DNA of 64,000 bases from Lama glama. Lineage: Eukaryota. The stretch lies in contig CM052818.1 of assembly GCA_028534125.1 (NCBI GenBank), positions 26,786,001-26,850,000 of the forward strand. Direction: 5' to 3'. A program made the position numbers and the translations under genes. The notes beneath the pieces are model-generated. The model did no database searches and was not told the DNA's origin. It saw only the letters and a program-made list of their open reading frames with translations. Shown here in pieces: positions 49,130 to 64,000 of the stretch. The first letter of the stretch is position 1. Each line of letters begins with the position of its first letter.

Positions 49130-51090
49130 AAAAAGATAAATACAGTCACTTTGGAAAACAACTTGTTATCATCTGGCAAAGTTAAGTGTATATAGCCATC
49201 CCTGAAAAGCCATCATTTCCATTTCTACATACATGCCTACAAGAATGTTCATAGAAACCCCATTTATAATAGCCAAAAGAACAGGAAACAATGCTAATGT
49301 GCATCACAAGAAGAATGGATACATAAATTGGATTGTATTCATACACTGGAATACAATGTAACAGTGAAAATGAATAAATTACAGCTAAATGCATTAACAT
49401 GCCACATCTCTCAGGAGCATAACGTCAAGCAAAGCAGGATATAGAAAATACATACAGAATGAGTCCATCCATATAAAGTTCAAGGACATGCTAAATGAAG
49501 TAAGTTTGTTTAGGTATCCAAACAAATGTGGTAAAACAATAAAGGGAAGGAAAGGAACGAGAACTATTATTAGATTCTGATAGTGGCTGTCTCTGAGGAG
49601 GGAGGGGAGTGATGTGATTGGAGAAATGGACTTCAGAGGTAACAGTTAACATTCTTCCCTTAAACTGGATGTTGTGTCCACTAGTGTTTGCTACATAATT
49701 ATTCTACTTATCTTAAATACATTTTGTACCTATTGTAACAACACTTTAAAGAGATGATAATTGTGCTGTAAGGCGGTAGCTGAGCACAAGAAACAGTCCA
49801 TCTGAAGGGACAAGATCACTCTCTACTGAGGTATAGTGGCACAGGGCTTAGAAGTCATGCTCCGGGAAGACTTTCAAGTGTATGAAAGATTTAGGTGACT
49901 AGAGAGGAGACCATGTGGGCAGTGTGGGCAAAAGGCATTCAAGAAAAGATATATTTGAGGAACACTGAGCATCCTAGTTTGTTTCTCTGAATTGCTGTAG
50001 GGAATGCTGGAAGGTAATTTGGGCTGTATCTGAGGGTTACTTTAAACTTTATAGCAACCAACTACCATTCTAAAATTATCGTGTAATTCTACAGTTTTTA
50101 AAATGAGCCAAATTTAGGCTTAGCAGAAAAATCACAGTAATAGAAGATACTTTTGTAAAGGCTTATAGCAATTTCTAAAAAGTGTTACTAAAAGCAATTA
50201 ATACAGTTTTCAACTTCTGGTGCAGTATTTGATTAAGACAAGGTTCATCAATTGTTGCTAAAACTGTTGGTTGAAAAAGTGTTGAAAAACAGGGGCTTTA
50301 AACGGATTAAAATATAATCCCACAGATGATATTACAAAAGGAAAGATGTATCTTTAAAATGGAAAGAGCTTATCTCCACAATAACCAAGTGATTAAATTT
50401 AGCATCGCTGAAAGTGGGATGACCCAACATCATGCCCCTCCTAATGTGATGCAAGGATTATACACTGTCACCTATTCAGTTTTCTTGTCCAAAGTGTTTA
50501 ACTGGAATTTAATCATGAGGAAATTATTAGACAAATTCTGAATGAAGTCATTTGATAAGGTAATTAACTTGGGCTTCTCAAAAAGTCAATATCATGAAAA
50601 AGAAATGTAGGCGAACTCTTCTAAATGGAGAGACTTGAGAGATATAATGACCAAATGCAGTGCTTGAATCTTGAATGTATTCTGGCTATATTAAAAAAGA
50701 AAAAGTCAGAAAATAGCTGTAACACGCATAAAGACTTTTTTTGAGACAATTGAGAACATTTGAATATAAACTGCATATTAAATGACATTATAGAATAATT
50801 CTTAATTTTCCTAGGTGTGATAATGATATTGTGGTCATCCTGGAAAATGTCTTATTAGGCAATGTGTTCAGAAATATTTAGGGGTGAAGTGGTGTGACAT
50901 TTGCAACTTCCAAATGTTCACTGAAAATCAATTTTTATGTATATCTATGTGTGTGTGTATATATAGAGAGAGAGTGAGAAAGAAAATGTGACAAAATGTT
51001 AACAATTGAAAAATTGATAAATTTCAGTGGAAGATATAGAAGTGTTTCTTGTATTATTCTTGGAGTTTTCTGTAGGTTTGAAATTTTTCT
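49130..51090 (+). mobile_element. Old L1 (L1ME/MC-like) 3' fragments interspersed with L2
   Basis: Degenerate L1 3'UTR phrases. Confidence 0.55.
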
Positions 51091-51689
51091 GGGTGGAGAG
51101 AAATCTTTAAAAAAAAAGCTAGTAGTATCTGGATTTTAATGAATAAGTCTAAATTCAAAAGAAAAACTAATGAATGTGGCAAGTTAGTGTGAATGTGGCC
51201 TTATTTTTACCTTTTCTCTTTTTTTAATTGAAGTATAGTTGATTTACAATATTATATTAGTTTCAGGTGTCCGACAGTCAATATTTTTATACATCCTTCT
51301 CTCACTTTAATATTTCTACTACCATGAAGCAAATATAGCATCCCTAGGAAGCTTTTGTTTATTTATGAGTATATATTTTCTCTGCCTCAAAACTAGTAAA
51401 TAAAAAGTATCCTCTTAAACAGAGAATGTGCAGAGGTTTTGAAAGAGCTATTTTGACCTAGTTGCTTCACTAGGAACAGAACTTCTAGGAAATTTTTATC
51501 ACTAATTACACATACACTATTTATTAAATATACACATACTTAACATAAATACATATATATGTAATACACTCAGCACATACATATATGTTATTGTGTTAGG
51601 TATATTTAGCATATATACATAAATAAGTGTGTGTGTGTTTGTATGGCCAGCTACATAATTTGTGAAGCCCTTGTTCAAAAATTAACGTC

Positions 51690-51835
51690 GGGGGAAGGGT
51701 ATAGCTCAGTGGTAGAGTGTGCTAGTTTAGCATGCATGAGGTCCTGGGTTCAATCCCCAGTACCTCCATTAAAATAAATAAACCTAATTACCTCCCCTGC
51801 CCACAGTAAACCAATAAATAAACAAATAAAACATT
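51690..51835 (+). mobile_element. Camelid tRNA-derived SINE (first of a tandem pair)
   Basis: GGGGAAGGGTATAGCTCAGTGGTAGAG...GGGTTCAATCCCCAGTACCTCC. Confidence 0.9.
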
Positions 51836-51859
51836 AAAGTTTTTTTTAAAATTTAATGT

Positions 51860-52004
51860 GGAGGTGGGGGTATAGCTCAAGTAGTAGAGTGCATGCTTAG
51901 CATGCACAAGGTCCTGAGTTCAATTCCCAGTACCTCTATTTAAAAAAAAAAGTTAAATAAGTAAACCTAATTACCCCCTCCCCAAAACAAACAAAACAAA
52001 AAAA
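51860..52004 (+). mobile_element. Camelid tRNA-derived SINE (second of a tandem pair)
   Basis: Same head and CCTAATTACCCCC tail. Confidence 0.9.
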
Positions 52005-53118
52005 TACGTGGGTCCTCATACAACCACACAGGTTGCATGTTCATGAGGTTAGATGTGTATGAAATGTTTAGAAGACTAAATACGAGCTTTTCCAAGACTC
52101 CATTTATCCAGTCTATGTTCTTGAGAGATGAACTCGTAACATCAATTTCCCACAACTTCCTACACGTTCACCACAACTTAAAGTTCTTAGCATGTTAACT
52201 TTTCATTATGAAATACGGCATAATTCCAACATTATTTATTTTCGAAAGTTTTTATCTTAAAACATACACAGAAACAGAGACTCGAATAATGAAACTGTGT
52301 ACCCATGACCCAGCTTCAGCAACGATCAATTTTCTGCCTTTCTCATTCTATTTAACCTTTCCTTTTTTAAAATATCTTTTGCTGGAGGATTTTAAAGCAA
52401 ATCTCAGGCATTGTATCATTTCACTTGTAAATTCTTAAAAATGTATTTTTAATAGGTAAGATCTTTTTAATTTTAACCAAACCATGATATCATTGTCACT
52501 GAACAAAATGAATAAGATTTTATTAATTATCATACACTAATCAGTCTGTATTCCATTTTCCTGTCTCAAAAATGTCTTTCTGAAGGTTGTTTCCATCAGG
52601 ATCCAACATTGCATTTAGTCGGTATGTCTCTTTTACTTTATAACATTCACCCCATTTTAATTTCTTTCTTCTTGCTATTTCTTTGAGGAAGAAACTAGAT
52701 CATATATCCTATAGAATTTCCTTCACTGAGGATTTTAGCTGACAGTATCCCCATGGTGTCTAGTTAGATCTAGAAACATGATTTGATTCTGGCCCCCCAA
52801 TTTTTTCCAAGAATACGCCATAGGTGATTCTTTTGCCTCACTTCAGGAGGAACGTGATGTCTAGTTGTTCTACTTTTGGGGATTTTAAATTTGATTGGTA
52901 GTTTGTGGTGGTGTCACTCTTCCTTATCAATCTTTCACCTAATGGTTAGCAGCCATTGATGATTATTGCCTGGAGCCATTATTTCATTAGGGATTGCAAA
53001 ATATTGATTTTTTTTTTTTTGGATTCTATCAAACCTCTTGCATTTATCATCTGTGATTCTTCTATAAAGAAGAACTTTCTCTAAAGCTGAATGAGAAAAG
53101 TGAGATAAATATTTCTTA

Positions 53119-53262
53119 TATTTCTTTTATTTATTTTTTATTCTTTTGGCAAGGGAGGTAACTAGGTTTTTATTTAGTTATTTTAATGGAGGTACTGGGG
53201 ATTGAACCCAGGACCTCGTTCATGCTAAGCATGCACTCTACCACTGAGCTATACCCTCCCCT
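53119..53262 (-). mobile_element. Camelid tRNA-derived SINE
   Basis: Antisense copy; TSD AAT(A/G)TTTCTTA at 53108-53118 and 53264-53274. Confidence 0.9.
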
Positions 53263-54654
53263 CAATGTTTCTTAATTTTTAGGTTGAGCTGGCATCCCAG
53301 CAACCTCCAAAGTGATGAAGTGAGCTTTGTTTTTTTGGCAGGGGCATGCCCTAACCTACACTTTGAAATAGTGTGTTTAGAGTGGGCTGGAGCAGGAAAA
53401 GACTATATTTCTGAGGCTGAGAGGCTGAGAAGGCCTTGTCAGTGGGAGCGGAGAGAACCAAGAGGAACTGGCAACTAATTGGATGTGAGGATTTAGGGAA
53501 AAGCATCCCAGATAACCTCCAGGTTTGTTTGATGGTGAGAGCCAGGAATATGCCATTAAAGGAGATACAAGTCTCAATCAAATTAACCCCTTAAAGAGCC
53601 ACATGTATTTGAGAGAGATTTTGTCTCACACTGTTATCTATTACACAGTTTTTAGTTAGGATTTCGGCCAACGGTGGGGCCCCTGTTCACATGTCAGCAG
53701 CGTGAGATGAAGCACATCTGAGAGGGAAAACGTTGGATCTCATTTTGAGATGCCGCATTTGAGGTGCTGCCAAAGATTCGGGGGAGGACATAGAGCAACC
53801 TCTGGGAAATGCAGGAGAGGCACTTGATAGAAAGGATGAACTGGACTCATACACAGAGGAGATGTGTATGTTTTCTGGAAGTAACCCCTGATGCTTAACT
53901 TTGAATCCAAGGGATTGTCAAGGGGGAGGTTACACAGAGGAAAGAGGGCTCAGAAACAGAAGCATGGGAGACACCTCCATTTAGATATTCACTCTTTACA
54001 TCTAAATGTCAGTCCTCCCTAATGTCTGTGATTCGATGTCTGGGACTGTGACCTATACCTATCCTGCACTTTCTCAGAAGGGTCACCAAGGAAGGGACTG
54101 CAGAGGATAGATGGCCTGCCCTCTGACTGAAAACTGTGTAATAGGTAAAACTCTGAGGCAAATCAAATATCTCTCAAATATGTGAGACTGAGGGGTCAAT
54201 TGGATTGAGACCTGTATTTGTTTCCTGTGGCTGCTGTAACCAGTTCCAAAATTGGTGGCTGACCTGTGCAAGTCACTAACCCTGTCGGGCCTCATTTTTC
54301 CTCTCTTGTGAAAGGGGACTCTAATTCCTACTCAAGACTGTTTTCAGGATAAAACAAAATAACACAAACCTTACACAACCGGAAAACAAAACAAAACAAA
54401 ATTGGTGGGTGAAAACCACCCACTTTTATTTTCTTACAGTTCGGGAGGCCAGAAGTCTGAAAAAGGGCTCCCTGGGCTCAAGTCAGGTGTTTGCAGGGTT
54501 GTGCTCCTCTGGGGGCCCCGTTGTGCATCCCATGTTCAGTGTTACCTGAATAAGCCCCAGCCACACAGGTCTGCTCAGGCTTAACTGAATAGGCTTTTTC
54601 GCTCCATGGCTCTCTGCTATGGTTTCTGCCTGAAATTCCCTTCAACCTACTTTT

Positions 54655-55450
54655 TTTTTTTTAAATAACAGCTTTAGTAAGACATAATTCACATACCATA
54701 AAGTTCAACCCATTTAAAGTATACATTTGTTGGTGTTTAGTATATTCAGAGCTGTACAACCATCACCACAATCATTTTTTTAAGAAAAAAATATGGCTTT
54801 AATAACGATAAAGACATGATAAAACAGCCCATATAAGTACCAGATAAAATGATAGAGTAGGAATATGGATGGATAACAAAATAAAAACCACTATTGGAAT
54901 AAATAATGACAGATTAGACTTACATATAAATTTTAAAAATAGGAAATAACCAAAATTAAATTATGAATAATACCAAAATCAACTGGGGAGAAAATGAGGA
55001 AGTCTGATATTTTCACGAATGTGCTTCACCACAGTAAATTTTATAACATTTTTCTCACCCCAGAAAGAAACCCCGTACCAATTAGCAGCCATTCCTTATC
55101 TTCCCCCAACTTGAGGCAACCACTAATCTACTTTCTATCTTTTCTATCTGGACATTTTATTTAAATGGAATCATACAATATGTGGTCTTTTTGACTTAGT
55201 ATGTTTTCAAGTTTCATCTGTGGTACAGCATGGATCAGAAATTCCTTTCCCTTTTATTGCCAAATAATATTCATGTATGGATATATCACATTTAATTCAC
55301 CTCTTCATTGGCTGATGGACATTGGGGTTTCTACTTCCTGGCTATTATGAATAATACTGCTTTGAATATTCGTGTACAAGTTTTATGTGAACATATGTTT
55401 CCATTTCTCTTGGGTATATACCTAGGAGTAGAAACACTGGTCATATTATA
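54655..55450 (-). mobile_element. L1MB-like 3' fragment
   Basis: Poly-T followed by antisense L1 3'UTR hallmarks. Confidence 0.75.
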
Positions 55451-57039
55451 GCTCCTTCCTTGTAACTCTGCATAGCAAAGTTATGTTCAGAGCTCACATT
55501 CAGTGCTGTTGCCATAGTGTTCCACCATCTCCCACTTGGAATGAAACTTCTCCCTAGTATTCCCGTTGTGTATTACCTCAGTATTGTACTTACCAGTTTG
55601 CCTTGGAGCGCAGTTATTCCTGCACAGGTGTTTCCCTCCTTGTGAATTTCTTGAACGCAGGGACAGGCTCTCTCTTTTTGATTTACCCCAGGGCAACAAG
55701 TGTGTTACCCTGCATAAAGCAGGAACTCTTTTGAATTAGTGGGGAATAAAAGTGTTAAGAATTTCATATGCTTGATCCTATAAAATGTGTCTAATACTAA
55801 ATAATAATTATGTTCACTGTAAAATTTCAACAATCAAATGTTGGTAAATAACACTTGGAGTAAAGGTGGGTAAGGTAGATCAATTTTGTATGTTAAAGCC
55901 TTTTTATTTTGAACTTTAGAAGCTCCAGTATTTTGGCTTTATAATTAGGAAAATGAACTATTATAGAAATACTGGATAGGACTTTGAGAATAAACATAGT
56001 ACAATATAAACAAAATTAAATGATGACATGTTAAAGTTTACTTTACATTTCAAATGTCACATATGTTCAAAAGCAAATTTAAAAATTCTTTTTTTTTAAT
56101 AAAAATTCTTTTCAATGTTTTGCTTCCTTTGGTTTTCACTATTGTCATAAAGTTGTAAAAGGCTTATATGAATAAAAATAAGTTTTTACTCATATTAGAA
56201 ACGGCGTTTTTAATTATCAGTGGTAAAAGTGGAGGGATATCTCCCACTGTCCAAGGCAGGCTGAGTTCTGGCCTCTGGCCTGGAGATGCAGACCACAACT
56301 CTGGTGGAGTCGTGGGTTCCATCCAGATTATTCCTGCATTCTAGGCCTAATTGTTCTGAGCATATTTAAAAATTCTAGGCCACTGGGCAGGTTGTGGGTT
56401 GCCCCAGGGTCAGCAAGGGGAGAAAAGGAAGCCAGTTCCTAACTCCATTCTGTCTGAAACAATCTGTGTAGCTTTGGGACTGACTGAATGAATGTGGTTA
56501 TGTTAGCTGAAATGACAGGAAAGGAATTGACAATAATTCTAAAAAGATGCAGTCCTTTTTATTTGTTAATGCAATTTTATTATTTTTTAAATGAAAAAAG
56601 TAAATATCAAACAGTACTGTACAACTATGTAAGCTCCAATATTTTATATATGTATTTATATTCATAAAAATAATTCAGTTCTGGATGAAGAACTGAGGCC
56701 CAGAAAGTAACTAGGTTTGCAAGCTCAGCTGCATCTTAGAATCAAGGATAGTGATCACAGGCCACAGAATCTCTAGGGGGTGGAATCTTTGTATTATCAT
56801 TTTTTAAAGCTCCCCCAAAAACTTGAGAACAAGTAGATCAGGTCGTGTTAGGTCAGATGCCAGTGTAAGTTGTACTATTGATTATCTCAACTCAGGCAAA
56901 TGTAGGTTAGCTTTTGCTATGTTCTCAGGTATGTAGCTTCTAATAGAAGAGGTTGATCTCTTGCTCAGTGCTACTGAAAGGTGAGCTATAAAACTGTACA
57001 GGTGAGATCCAAAGAGCAATTGTGCTCTAGTTTAACCAA

Positions 57040-57220
57040 GAGCACTAGTTCTCACCCACAGGTGATAATCAGACTCATTCTTAGAACTTTAAAATAAATA
57101 CAGATATTCAGAAAGTATCCTAGACTAGCTGAATCAGAATCACTAGGGGAGGCACCTGAGCTTGTGAACTTTAAAAAATAGTTCATGATTTTGACGCCCA
57201 ATCTTGGATGGAGCTCTCTA
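57040..57220. mobile_element. MER5A-like hAT MITE
   Basis: GAATCAGAATCACTAGGGG core with degenerate terminal repeats. Confidence 0.5.
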
Positions 57221-58329
57221 GAGGTGTGCCACATAGTATGTCTTCAGCTATATTCAGTTAAATTATAAGGAAGCAGAATTCAGGAAAAATAACTTTAAAA
57301 GTGACTCAGAGCTACCCAGCAATGCAACAGTCTGTTTTAAGATAGTGAGCTCTGTGGCTGGAGGAATAAAGGCAAAGGTTGGATTACCACCTGCTGGGAA
57401 TGTTGTCAAAGGGATTAATAAAGAAGGTGGGTCATCTGGTATTTAAGGTTACTCCCAATTATTAAGTTTCTTTAGCCAAAACTTGCAACAATTCACTTAT
57501 AATGGACATATACATTGCCATGAAAACTCATAATTTTACAGCATATCATAATTACTTTATTTCTAAAACTGAAAAGAATTCAGTACTATTAATGGAACAT
57601 TGCCTCTGACATCTCTCTTACTGAGGGGGATACTTTTCCTCTCCTCTCCATGCTTGCATGGAGGGAAGGGAACTTCTTCTTGCTCTTTGGAAGAGCGAAG
57701 AATGGGAACAAGCTCTGTGAATCCATATTCATTCCCTCGTAACACAGAGGTGTCTCATCTGATGAGTGATTTTGGGAAAAGGAACTGAGCGTGGGTGACC
57801 TACCCCTGGTGGGTTGGGTCTCTCACCTTAAGAACTAACTGGTCTCCAAACACAAAGATGGGCTCAGTCCCTGAGAGGCCAGGTCTGCAGTTCTCTCCAG
57901 ATACGGCGATCTCTCAGGGAGCCTGACCGTAGGACAAGTCAACTTGCTCTCCATTTCAGCTTAATTGATAATAAAGCTGATGTTTCTATTTTGCTCTCTC
58001 TCTAACTCCCACGTCTTATTTCTCAATTTGTTCCAAAGTGAAGAAAGGAATAAGAGAGTTCCTAGTTGGTATCTAAATCCTGTAAGCATCAAAACAGAGT
58101 CATAAATTGTCACTGCCCATGTCTACAATACTTGTGTTCTGAAATGGTATTCCATTATGTTTCTAAAGTCAGTAAACAATTATATGCTAAAGTACAAAGT
58201 ACTTATAATATACAAAATATATTAAGTCCCTCCTTTACTGGCATCAAAAGTTTGGGAGTTCTAACTGCTCAACTGTTTATCTTTAGGAAACAATAACATT
58301 TGCCAAGCTTCTACTTTATTGAGAATCAT

Positions 58330-63999
<5,670 letters not shown>

Positions 64000-64000
64000 T

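Overview
Mammalian genomic DNA, most likely a camelid (camel, alpaca or llama), judged from seven copies of a tRNA-derived SINE resembling the camelid Vic-1 type. It is the conserved SULT6B1 - EIF2AK2 (PKR) - GPATCH11 block. The window holds the last five coding exons of SULT6B1 (+). It also holds a complete, intact EIF2AK2/PKR gene (+): a CpG-island promoter with KCS-ISRE, two putative non-coding exons and 15 coding exons, totalling 1596 nt = 531 aa by my splice reconstruction. Eight coding exons of GPATCH11 (-) converge on PKR. The rest is mostly L1, L2, CR1/L3, MIR, ERVL/MaLR, hAT and SINE debris, plus one 100-N assembly gap. I found no new gene or system of prokaryotic type. The most unusual structures lie inside the dsRNA-sensor gene PKR: (i) an inverted SINE pair bracketing an in-frame 162-nt two-exon cassette; (ii) an apparently L1-mobilised, polyadenylated retroviral U3-R fragment inserted exactly at a splice acceptor; (iii) an antisense L1 promoter plus ORF1; (iv) a second inverted SINE set downstream of the stop codon; (v) an altered KCS-ISRE; (vi) substitutions at the viral-pseudosubstrate interface. 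PKR exon numbers assume two upstream non-coding exons. Human and mouse comparisons and repeat family names are from recall, not from database searches.
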